Source of the DNA: Camelus dromedarius
Taxonomy: Eukaryota
Assembly (NCBI RefSeq): GCF_036321535.1
Contig: NC_087436.1
Location: 19,098,001-19,162,000 of the forward strand
Reading direction: 5' to 3'
Length of the DNA stretch: 64,000 nt
Shown here: positions 39,414-51,138 of the stretch, piece by piece
Layout of the letters: every line of letters starts with the position of its first letter
How positions within the stretch are numbered: the first letter of the stretch is position 1
Program-made: the position numbers and the translations under genes
The notes under the pieces: generated by a model
Seen by the model: only the letters and a program-made list of their open reading frames with translations
What the model was told of the DNA's origin: nothing
Database searches by the model: none

Positions 39414-41529
39414 AATATAACAAAAATTTAAATTTTTCTTTTGTCTTTCTAAACCTAGTGTTTTATTCATGTATCAAACAGTGGTAAGACAATAACATCT
39501 TTGTTATTTGCTGTTAATAGATTTTGACAAGCATAATATGGTTATTTTTGGTTTTAAACGACCTTTATTTTCTATTTAAATTACTATCATATTTTAAAAT
39601 TTGTAACCACGAAGCTGCCTTACATACAGACCACTGCAAGAAAAAATAGCACTGGAACGGCCAAAGGACATCACATGCAGTGTTTATCCTTGAAAACAGA
39701 TTCACTGGTGGACACTGTGGCTATTCTGAAGGGGGGAAAACAAACAAAAAACAGCCCCAACAAAGCCTTTCCAACGTTTGCTGCTGAATCATGACCCTGG
39801 AGTTCATACTGGACTCTTTAAGGCCAAGTGACTTTGCTCTGCCTACTCTCACCTCTAGTACAACTCTCCCCATTCACTGGGAACAGTTTTTTTTTTCTCT
39901 TAATAGTCAAAAAAAAAAAAAAAATCCTATTTGTTTGTTGCCACCCACTTCTAAACTGCTTCTAATTTAGCATCTTAGAAATCCGTTTGAAGGAAACTTT
40001 TCAAAAAGATTCTCTGAAGAGAAAACATATTATTCCATTCAGGTTTCTTAGTAACAATATAAAATAAAGCCAATCCAGAAAGTTTCTAAGTATGAACACT
40101 AATTACTGTAACACATCCACCCATCACTAAGGCTCTGGGGCTGACTGTAGGTTTGTTGAAAGCATCTTCCCTTGAATCTCTGCATGATTTCAAGGCTTCC
40201 TCCTTCCATTACTTCATTTTTCTGGGTAAATTTCCAAGAATGGATTTAAAAGTGGGCACCAGCATACATTTTCTAAGGTGCATCCGATTTGATCAGTATT
40301 AGAAACTGAGTCACTTTCTATCTGAATGAAAGCGGATGTAATAGTTAAAAAGGTTTTGTTCTTTTTTTCCAGAAGTTAAGTGAATTAGCATTGCTATTTC
40401 GACATAAATTAATTGTCACTTTTCAGGGCATGTCAGTTTATTCTCCATCTACTATGTGTACACGTTCCTAAGACCTTATAGTATTTAATGAAGAGATCCT
40501 TTTTAAGTATTGATAGCCACAAGAAAATTATTCCATGTTTGATCTGTGTAAAAGAATCAAAGTCCAAGATCTTTGAATGGAACTTAGAATAAAAATGTAA
40601 TTAGGTTACATCCCTAAAGTCTGATATATCTTTAAACAAGACTGCAAATGAAACTTTATTAGAGCTTCAAATGAATTATTTCCTGGCCTTTTTTTAAAAT
40701 TCATTTTCTTCCCCTTCTCTTTCATGTCTGTGTTACTGACATGGCTGCTTGTATTTTACCTGTCTTTTTCAGGGTGTTTTAATTATTTACTGCTTAACGA
40801 GTAGCAGGGAGAGGAAGTCTCGTTCAGAGGTGCCTGCTCTGCAGCAGGTTTCTGTTTTTCAAAGCTTTGCAAGGAGATCTTGAATCGCTACCCTGAGCCT
40901 GCAGTTCTTGCCCCACTGAATAAACTGTTCTGGAGGCAGTGTTTCCTCTGACTCTCTGAGAAGAGGCACCTCCCCAGAAATAGCTCCTCAGAGGTACCAC
41001 TGACCGAGAGTGACAGGGCTGTTGGGTGAATGTTGGATGAAGGGTGCTGTTTCCAACTAGTGTCTTAAAACTAGTGTCTTTAAATTTGAATAAATGACAC
41101 TGTTCCATATTATTTCAGCTTTGAAGCATTCCATATAACAGGCCCATCCAGATATGGCTCCAAATGGCAAACCTAAAAAAAAAAAAAAAAAGATAAAACA
41201 GCATGAAGAGTTACTGAGCATCCACAAAGCCCCAGGCACACCGCAGGGTTCCCCTACAGCTGTTTGAATGCCCCTTACAGCCACACCCTGAGGTTGGCTT
41301 GCTTCTCCTTGTTTCTCAAAGGAAGGGTGGGAATGGTCCAGTTACATCATGGTGTTTGAGGTTCAACCTTGGTCTCTACCTTTAAGTCAAACTTTGGACA
41401 GTTTCCAAAAGGGGTCACACTTTGACCAAGTAAAGCCATCACGAGCTTTAGGCATCAGCTCTGCCACCTACTTGGTATGTGAATTTAGGCAAGAGAATCC
41501 CTAAGGCTCATTTTCTTCATCCCTAAAAT

Positions 41530-41865
41530 GCAGATACCATTATCACTTATGTGTGGAATTGAAAAAAAAATAAAACCAACGAATGAAGATAACAAAACAG
41601 AAACAGACTCACAGATACAGAGAACAAAGTAGTGGTTACCAGTGGGGAGATGGAAGCAGGGAGGGGCAAGATAGGGGTAGGGGATGAAGAGGTACAAACT
41701 ACTATATATAGAATAAATAAGCCACAAGGATATATTGTATAACACAGAAAATACAGCCTATTATCTGTACTGTACTATATAAATTATCTACAAAAATTTT
41801 GAATTATTTTGAACTGAAACTAATGTAATATTATAAATCAACTATACCTCAATAAAAATAAAACT
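41530..41865 (+). mobile_element. L1 3' end inserted in a MIR
   Basis: tatcacttatgtgtggaatt...aaacagactcacagatacagagaacaa...aaatcaactatacctcaataaaaataaaa; flanked by MIR halves at about 41440-41530 and 41930-41960. Confidence 0.88.
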
Positions 41866-42012
41866 TTTTGAATAAAACATAAATTCATATATATATCTAT
41901 GCATGTGTATATATATCAGCTACTGTCATTCCAGGCACATAGTAAGTACTCCACTAATATTATTTTTCTCACCCTATACTCACCTAAAATGATTACTTAC
42001 AGTTAGTTAGGG

Positions 42013-42393
42013 TTTTTTTTCATTTTTCAGTTTTATTAAGTAAAATTGATTCCATTTGACTGCACATATACAATATATTGCATGTAAATATGTATATACA
42101 ATATACTGCACATTTAAAAAAATTTACATATATGTACTCTTCATTGTTTCTAAGAACAGTTTAGAGCTTTAGCTTTTTAAACTTACAAAGTTATCAAAGG
42201 AATAAAGCCAACCACAAAATAAGAATCAACAAAATGCAGTAATCCAATCATAAAGGACAGTCAAACGTGCTTACACATATTCAAAAAAATCAATCATCTA
42301 AGTTATAAATAATAAGTAGTTCATTTGTATCCTTTTTGTTGAGGTTCCCCGTATAGGTGATATCATATGTCATTTTTCTTTCTCTTTCTGGCT
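42013..42393 (-). mobile_element. Chimeric retroposed insertion: short L1 segment plus non-L1 tail, AATAAA and polyA
   Basis: 42315-42393 aligns by eye with the L1 at 10930-11006; 42021-42310 matches no L1 3'UTR in this window; minus-strand AATAAA at 42032-42037 and A8 at 42013-42020. Confidence 0.75.
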
Positions 42394-43063
42394 AGGTTTT
42401 TTATATTCAAACAGTTTTTTAATATTCAAAAGTTAGGTTTTTTAATATTCAAAATTATCATCTGCTTATTATCAATCAAAACAATGATGTATAAGGGAAA
42501 ATTAATACCCTTCACATTTACCTCCATCTTCCTTAATAAGATGAGCAATACTAGTATTTCGGTATATATGCTCTACACCTTCCTCTTTGCTCATATAAAC
42601 ATACAGGATATACAGTCAGAACGTGGTTTATTTAAAATCATGAGCAATGTATACTTAAAGCAAGAACTACGTTATTGATTAAGTCCAGAGCAATATAATT
42701 CATTAGTTGATCTAATGTCAGTATTGACTTTATTCCTCCTCAGATTTTTATGCTTGTCAACACTTTTTACTTATTATTTTAAGATGAGGTGGAAAGCTCT
42801 ATAAGCTTTTTAATGGCTAGTATTAATTTCCTATTTTTTATACATTATACAAGTGTTTTACCTTTTTGAAAATTATTTGAGTAATTTTGATACTGCCAAT
42901 TATGAACACTTAAGAGCAAAGCTGACTCATGCTTAATCCTCAGAAAACACTTGGAGGGAAACTACTGTCTGAGGTTTATTATGACACGGAGCAGTCAAGT
43001 CTGGGCACCGTTTCCATCACTGACCACAATTCAGCTATCGAAAATCAGAAACAACAACAATTA

Positions 43064-43207
43064 GAGGGGGAGGGTATAGCTCAGTGGTAGAGTGTCTGCT
43101 TAGCATGCAGGAGGTCCTGGGTTCAATCCCCAGTACCTCTGTTAAAAAAGATAATAATAAAATAAATAATAAACCAAATTAAAAGATAAATGATGTGAAA
43201 TTTTTTA
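43064..43207 (+). mobile_element. vic-1-type tRNA-derived SINE
   Basis: gggggagggtatagctcagtggtagagtgtctgcttagcatgcaggaggtcctgggttcaatccccagtacctc with Pol III A and B boxes and an A-rich tail; degenerate TSD aaacaacaacaatta / aaacaatggcaatta. Confidence 0.9.
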
Positions 43208-46200
43208 AAACAATGGCAATTAATAACAGCCCTTCCAGAATATTTTAGAGGTCCAGGAAAATTTTCTGGAATTTAAAAATTAACTTACTAGTATTGCCAA
43301 CACTGGGGATAAAGCCCTTGGTGAGTTTTCCCCACACCTGCCTTCCTGTCTTCCTATGATCCTTTTCATTGTCTCGTTTAGTGACCTATCCTCTTTAACA
43401 GAATAAGAGTAGCGTTCCTATAATGTCCATCTGAAATCTTTGCTCAAAATAATGAAGGATTTCGTTTTGTAAATAGCACCTTAAATTTCTTCTAAGTGTC
43501 CCAAAGTAGCTGCTCAAAAGGTACAGGCACATTTTCTCCCCAGTTCATTAGGGATGCTCCTGAGTTACAGAAACAAAATCTGTTTTCCGGCATTCCATTT
43601 TGCAGTGGTGTGCGGTGGGTGATAGTACTGAACAAGTCTCCCCTGACGAGAGGCAAACCTCTGAAAGTGATAGTTTCCATTGGGAAGCATGACAAGCCCT
43701 TAATATTTCCGCATGTATAGTGCCGTTATAATTATCATAATTGAATGTAAAAACCTAAAGATAATATAAATTGTTTGCAGTTAAACGGAAATGGAAAGCA
43801 ATGTCTTTGTTTTTACAAAAGGGCCATAACATTTTTCTCATTTTGCTGCTGTTCAATATTGCTTCTAGCAGATTTTATGTCTACATTGTACAGAACAGTA
43901 ACTTACTGCCAAAGATGTCCAGTAGCTCCAGATTAAAATGTAATACAATATACATAAAGCTTTATTGTTCCTTTAGGTTGTTGTTTTAAACCAAAGTGGA
44001 ATATTGCCTTAAATTCTTCAACAAATCTGCACAATTTACAACTAAATATGCTTATGACTTATACCAGTGCTGCTGAAGAAATAGGCTTTATGGACCTGTC
44101 AAATTATTTTCATGCAATTGTTTCTGTAACATTATTTTTACTGGCAAATGTACAAGTTGATAGAAAAGGAAATAATTAGCTACTTTCAGAACTGCTGATG
44201 CGTGGAGCTAAAGCAGGCCAGCCCGTGCATCTTAGATTGTGACATTTTAAATTACCTGAACAATATCGGAGCATCTTTGGACATAATTAACACCTTGTCT
44301 AATTAATGTCAGATTTAAACAGTCATACTTTATTTGTGAAATATTATTTTATTTCAAACTTGCCTTCACCCTTATTATATTGCAAACTTTAGATTTGTGT
44401 GCTGTTTTCTTAAGTGGAGCAACTTCTTTCTTTTTTTCTTTTTCCTTTTTTCTTTTCCCTCCCCCTTCAAGTAATCAATGCACTGCTGAATGAGTTCATT
44501 TTAATGCACTCAATCATGCCTCTAATGTTCGTAGCTTACGGGCGCAAGCATCAGTAATGCAGGAATGTTATATGGCTTTAGTTTGGGCCATTTCATAAAA
44601 TATTCATGGAATCAAAAATGTGCATCAAAATAGCGGCTGGGAGAATTACATTTATGTTCCTGCTTTTATGGCAGCTTCACATTTAAACCCATTTGTGTTA
44701 ATATCTAGTCAATCTTCCTACTTTAAAAAAAAAAAAAAACTAAAATGGGAGAGATCATATACATTCTCCTTTGCTTAATATTTGTTCTAGACATCTGCTG
44801 TGATACAACAAATATCTGTAAACTTTCAGAGATGTACAGGGAAGAGGGGTAAGCTACAATTTGGGCGATACCCAAATGTATGAAATCTTATTTTCTCTAC
44901 ATAGTGTTTGTCTTAACACCCTACCAAGCATTCTGCAGTTCACAACATTGTTTGGGTTTTGTTTGTATTTTTTAATACATGGCTGGATGTCTTGTTTATA
45001 TGGGCTTTAGTTAAAGTGAAACTCCTATGTAATAGTTTTATTTTAAAAGTACACTTTGTTTTAGGTGAAAAACTATCAATGCATGCCAACGTCCTTATTG
45101 TTCATGTAGATGTCATATAATTTTAAAATATAATTTTAAAAAATGAAACAAAACAAAAAACTTGAGGCTTAAGCCTCTTCTATTCATACCTGGATTCTTG
45201 TTTTACACAATCATTGTATAATTGTGAAAAATGATTGTTTTATACAATCACTGTGTGTGTCTTTTAAGATGTGTTTTCTGGTGCTACCTGATGTTATTGA
45301 GAAAAATTGATTACTGCTGGTATTGGTGGAATGCCACCTTCAGTCACTCCCACAAAACATCTTGGCTCCATTTTCTTCCTTGATTCACTTGAAATATTAG
45401 TGAATTCTCTAGAATTTTGCTTAGCATAGAATCATGCATTTCAGGTACTTAGCTGAACAATAGTTGGTATGTCTTCCTTGTCACAGCTACTCCTGTGATC
45501 TTTGTTATTCATAGGGATAATGAAGATTTGCTGATAATTCTTGGTGCAACAAGATAAAGGTCAGGTGCCCTCAGGAGACTTTTTGCATCTGTGAATGTGC
45601 CCAAGGCCTTCTCTTTTCTGTTTTCAGTAAACTTGTATTTTTGTGAAACTTTGATATAATCATTCTTCTTTTCTCTGCTCTCTTTCTCAGTGAAAAATAA
45701 TGGTAACACTTGAGAAGTCCAGAGAAGGAAAGTTATCTAGGCACTTGTCCTTCAATGAGATTGATAGTGGAATCTGGAAATCTTGCCTGGTTCTGATATA
45801 TTAAAGTTTACCTGGTAACAAAGGGCACAAAACATAGGAACATGCTGAAGAAGATCTAAAGGGAAGCTATGAGCCAAATTTGGAAATCTGATCTATGATC
45901 TTAATTTATATTTACATTTAGCTTTGTCAAAATGATCACTAGATTGATGACTTTTTATAATATCTCAGGCATATGAAATTTAAAAATTTCAGGTAAAACC
46001 AGGAGGCATCATGTCTTAATAAATATCCAGTCTTAATATGGATATCAGCCATTACTGAGGAAGTAAGAGAATCTTTAAAATCCTATTCACAGTTGGAAAT
46101 ATAAATTGGATGGAAGTTATTTCATTGTTAATCATGCTTAAAGGGAAATCCTTGCATATTTAAATTACTATGCTCTCTTCATAGTATAGATATATTTTAA

Positions 46201-47367
46201 TATTTTCTAATCAAATATTATGCCATATTATAATATGTTCTTTCAGATTCTGACCAGCCTTTAGAAATTGTAGCCAAGCCATTTGTGTGCTTATTTGGAC
46301 CGACCCTTGCTGGCTTATTTACTGACCTATTTGCCACCAAATAATTTTAGAAATGATCCCCTACAGCTCAGAGGCAATGGAAAGCTCTACTTCCTCTGAG
46401 TAGGGATTTTGGTTTAAATCAGTGCTGATCAGTATTCCCAGGGACCTCATCTGTGGCAAAGTGGTTAAGGAAGGGGACATGAAACCACAAAGAGCTGGAT
46501 GTGACCACAGGTGACCAGGTATGGGGCACTGAGTCATTCTAGGTGCCCCCTTCCCATGGATGTCACCTCACAGGTCAGGTTAAAGTGGGGAACTTTGCCG
46601 TAGGCTGCAAAACTGGTGGTATATCAGACTCCTTCAGAAAGACCAGTCAGAAGCGCATCACTGGCTGGTATCTGTTCTTTTATGTTGGAGGTTCTTGTGA
46701 TCGCCTGAGTAGAGTCACAGAATTATAGAACTGGAAGAGACTAGAAATCACATAACTCAAGCGTTGTGTATAACTTGAGAGATTTGTGTCCAGAGAATGC
46801 AACTTACTCCACCTAAGCTTCTTGACTGGTACCCGATGTGGTAGAACCAAGCTGTATGGGGTTTTGGTGATCCGAGGTTTAAATCCTAAACAAGCACCTT
46901 TTTTTTTTAATCAATTTGAGTCATTTGATGTCTGTGAGCCTCAGTTTCCTCTTTGGTGTAAGAATAAAAATTGTATTTACCAGTTTGGGGAAGGTTAAAT
47001 AAGATCATATATCGGGCATTTTGATTAGTACCCAGTAGGGCTTCAGGAAAGACTAGGTCCTTGTTCCTTTTACCGGAGCACCTTGGACTAGGCTCCTTCC
47101 TCATGGCAGACCTCAAGCAGGTCCTTCTGAGAGCTGAACTTTGCCTAATAATCATGAACTAAGCAGTGTACTAATACCAGTCCCCAGTGCTCAAGCCAAA
47201 AATCAAACTCAACTGCAAAGACTATTTCTCAGTCATTCCAAGGCCCCCTTCCATAGTAGCCGACTGAAATGAATGTCCCAAGAACCTCTCTTACCTCATT
47301 CCAGGAGGCCTAATGGCATCCCTAACACAGAGAAAAGTCTGGCTTATTTGGAATACAGAGACTTGGT

Positions 47368-47471
47368 CCCCACCCTTCTCCCCCCTTCCCCACCTCCAGC
47401 CCACTCCTCATTTCCTCCACCTCTCCTTTCCCCGCTTTCTACCCTCCCCTCCCCTTACCTCCCTTTCCCCC
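47368..47471. repeat. Polypyrimidine low-complexity tract
   Basis: About 100 bp almost entirely C/T, with many C3-C5 runs. Confidence 0.75.
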
Positions 47472-48516
47472 ATGTGAATCAAATCTTGGACACGGCTATC
47501 AGTTCTCAGATACTATTTACATCATTATACCTTATTTGCATCTCATTGTAATTAGTTGGGTTATCCAGAGCTTCATCTCCTGGCTCTCCTCCTGGAATTC
47601 TTAGTGACTCTGTTATTTTATAACACACCTTTGGACCCTCTTTCCATATGGTTACTGTGTGTGACCACAGATGCCGTTAGCCCTTTCCTAGTCTCCTTAT
47701 AGTCCCAATTTTTTCTGGGACTATCTTGTTTATTCACAGTTCCCTGTATCCACCCGTCCCTATTCATATGGCGAAAGAGAAATATGTATCTGTATTTTAT
47801 GAATAGATGGATGCTGGCAAAAAAAAAAAAACTCTCATATACATCTTCCCAGGGATGCAGAGCTATACTTTACAGGCAGAAATATAGTTAACAGAGGAAA
47901 CATAACATATAACACACATATACTTCAATGCATCATTCGAATTTTTAAAAAGAAACGAGGGTCATGGTTATTTGGAGAAAGGTGTTTCTGCTGAGAGGTG
48001 CTGCAGGAGAGAGGTGAAAAACTATGCCAGCTCTTGTAGGAGGTAAGAGAAAAATTGTCAATTAAATGTGAGGATAGACAGTGAACTTCCACCTTGAGTA
48101 TTTGTAGCAAAATGAAAAAGGATGGGGCATTATTTTAAAAAATAGTTTCTGTTATATATTTCTTTTTTTTTACAAAATGAGCATATGTTGATGCTAGAAA
48201 CATTAGAAAATGCCGATAATCAGAAAGAAAAAAAGAAAAGTAGAAAAGAAACCACCCATCGCCCATATAACACTGATAATGCTTTGTCCACGTTTCTGAT
48301 GTTTTTCAGTATTTTCACTTATCATAAGCACCTGTCCATGTAATGAAATATTCTCCTATAATACTTACAGCTTTGTAGTCTTTTATCACGTGAAAATTTC
48401 ATAGCACAAGTTCATAAACAGCTCAGCAGCACACACCTCCCTCTCTCTATGAATCTTTGTCAGTATGCCTTCCTTCTGCATGGGGCTAAGACTGGCCATG
48501 TCTTTACTGAATTTTT

Positions 48517-48690
48517 TTTTTTTAATTGAAGTACAGTCAGTTACAGTGTGTCAATTTTTGGTGTACAGCATAATGTCCCAGTCATGCATATACATACATA
48601 TATTTATTTTCACATTCTTTTTCACTAAGTGTTATTACAAGATACTGAATATAATTCCCTGTGCTATACAGAAGAAATTTGTTTTTCAGC
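48517..48690 (-). mobile_element. Very short young L1 3' end with perfect 16-bp TSD
   Basis: TSD tctttactgaattttt at 48501-48516 and 48691-48706; same 3'UTR type as 10640-10800. Confidence 0.93.
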
Positions 48691-49094
48691 TCTTTACTGA
48701 ATTTTTGTACGGATTATTTGATGATCATACACCTCTGTTTGTTGTGTTCCTTTGAAAATACTATTTTTATTTATGCGTACTTTTTGAATATTTATTTTGA
48801 TAGCTAATTCAGTGCAAAAATTGGGAGAAATTATATGCAATAGTCATGGCAATGGCTGTAGTATCCTAGCATGTCCAACTTATAATAGCCAATGCATCCT
48901 ATTTGAGGAAATACACTGAGCCTTGTATGGACTACATAAATTAACTTAATCAGTCATGATAATATTGTCATAAGGACTCAAGTACATATTCTGCAGGAGG
49001 AATATGTTGTGTTTAAAGAAAGGAAAAATAGTGGCTGTATTTCAACTGGCCTGTGGATTTTTAAAAAATATGATCACTATGCTAACTGATACCA

Positions 49095-49322
49095 GTAGCT
49101 GTGTTCTTTGAGTGCCTACTCTGTATCAGACATTGAGCATGTATTAATTCATTTCTCACAGTAACACCTTAAGTGATTATACTATAACCCTATCTGCAAA
49201 AGAATTAAACTCAGGCACAGAGAGGGTAGTAATGAGCCTGAGGCTAAACAGCAAAAAGGATAAAGCTGGTATAGGAGCTTAGGCTGTCTGCTTGGAGCCT
49301 GTACTCACTCTTAACTACTACT
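49095..49322 (-). mobile_element. MIR SINE
   Basis: ttgagtgcctactctgtatcagaca...aaactcaggcacagagagggtagt...cactcttaactactac. Confidence 0.8.
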
Positions 49323-49772
49323 GTTGGGATGCCTAGATGTAAGTGCTTTCCCAGTTAATTACAGTTAGGTAACTCCAATACCATGAAAGAGAATTCACAT
49401 TACAGGATTTTGTAAGCATTTCCACAAGGCAACTCACAAGTAAAACAATCTACAGCATGGAACTGCGAACTACTCTCCCCAAAGTGTGACTGCTCACATT
49501 TCAAGGAATTCCATGACAACGTTAATTTAGAATTTTGGCTTTGAGAAGATATATTTTGGACTATATTATAACATGTAATTCAGAAAAGCAGTTAAGTCAC
49601 ATTTTAATTATTTAAAATTAAACAGGGTATACAGATGCCTGTTTGCAAATTTCAGTCAAACTTTGAGAAGAGATTTAAAGATCCATGATATTTAAATTTG
49701 CAGTTTGTAGCAGATACATCCTTTCTCAATATACCTGAATTCTCCTTGAGAATGAAGAATCGCTGTCTGTTG

Positions 49773-50015
49773 GGAAAGCAGTGGAGGACAGTGGTTTAGA
49801 GCACGGGCTCTGGCATCAGACTGCCCGGATCTACTAGGCCACTAGACATGCAATCGTGGGCAAAATTCTTAACCTAACTCTCCTAGAAAGTAGAATCATA
49901 ACAATCCCTATTCTGTAGGACTAATTTGAAGATTAAAAGTGAGAAATACATGTAAAACACACAGCACAGTGCCTTGTATATGTATAATGATAAATAAATA
50001 TTAGTTAATATGATT
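49773..50015 (+). mobile_element. MIR SINE
   Basis: cagtggtttagagcacgggctctggcatcagactgccc...gggcaaaattcttaacct...atgtaaaacacacagcacagtgcc. Confidence 0.8.
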
Positions 50016-50292
50016 GCTAATAATTATTGCTGGACCATCTCTAAAGATGGGCAATTCTCATCAATTTCGACTAGTCCCGGTATATCCCTCTAGCAGGTGT
50101 CCAACCAAAATCAGTGCTGAATCTGTGGTCCAACTTGAGATAGCTCCTTGCTCCACTTCTTCAGCCTTAGAAATACTTGACTGCAGTCCTTAGTTCCCCT
50201 GCCTTTTGTAGTAAAGTGCAAGATGTATGCAAAATAATTGAAAATATATTCTGGCCTGTGGTTTGCGTTTATGAATGGCTTTTATTCTTCAG

Positions 50293-50505
50293 GTCAGCTT
50301 CTGGAAGCGGCGGAGCATTATGAAGCCTTCCATCAATTGACGCAAGGGCGGATATGGCAAGACGAGACAGGCCACTTTCTCAACTTGTTGGCCTGCGAGA
50401 GTCTCCTGAGGACCTACAGATTACTCTCAGACAAAATGCTGGAAAATAAAGAATACAAACAGGCCATCAGAATTCTAATAAAAGCTTCTGAAATAGCCAA
50501 AGAAG
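50293..50505 (+). CDS. TTC29: TTC29 internal coding exon, 213 bp (TPR region)
   Basis: Acceptor ttttattcttcag|GTCAG, donor GAAG|gtgggt. Encodes (G)[70 protein letters not shown](G). Phase 1-1. Confidence 0.96.
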
Positions 50506-50800
50506 GTGGGTAGAAAAGAGCACTCTCTCGTTGCTGCCTTTAATGGGCAGACACTGCTTCTCCCAAGAGGGAAGTAAAAATCGTCAAGTGTTTGGGTGAT
50601 TATTTCCTATGAAATGCAGAGACAAATGCCATCAATATCCTTTCAAATTTCACTGTAAAACAGAGGTGCCTTAGTGCTGACAATGAGAAATCCATTAGTT
50701 TCTTGAAAGCTTTATCTCCAAAATTGCAACCCTCTGGGAGTAATGTTATAAAACAATAAACCCCTAATGAGAAGGTAAGGTCATTTGCAAAAGTTAAGAG

Positions 50801-50838
50801 TGTGTGTGTGTTGTGTGTTGTGTGTGTGTGTGTGTGTG
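50801..50838. repeat. Interrupted (TG)n microsatellite
   Basis: tgtgtgtgtgttgtgtgttgtgtgtgtgtgtgtgtgtg. Confidence 0.9.
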
Positions 50839-50984
50839 CTTAAGGTCATATGTTTCTAACAATCTGAGAGACCTTTCACTGTTTGTCAATTCCATATTGT
50901 CAGGTAATAGAGAGGCTATGATAAATATTTAGTTAGGGATAACAGAAAGTTAGAACTTAAATATATTTTAGACCCTTGACTGTC

Positions 50985-51138
50985 ACAGTGTGTGACCTTC
51001 AGAGTGGCAGCATGAGCATCACCAGGAAGCTTATAAAAAATTCAGCCTCTCAGGCCCCACCCCAGATCGACTGCATCAGAATCTGAAGGTTTGCAAGATT
51101 CCCAGGTGATTTGGATGCACACTTAAAGCAGAGAAAAC
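50985..51138. mobile_element. MER5-type hAT-Charlie MITE
   Basis: gcagcatgagcatcaccaggaagctt...ctcaggccccaccccagatcgactgcatcagaatctg...ccaggtgatttggatgcacacttaaag. Confidence 0.8.

Noticed and set aside
43066..43140. tRNA (Ala-like) gene
   Set aside because: It has A and B boxes, but the acceptor stem pairs poorly, it is followed by an A-rich tail and flanked by a TSD, and two related copies occur in the window: a SINE.
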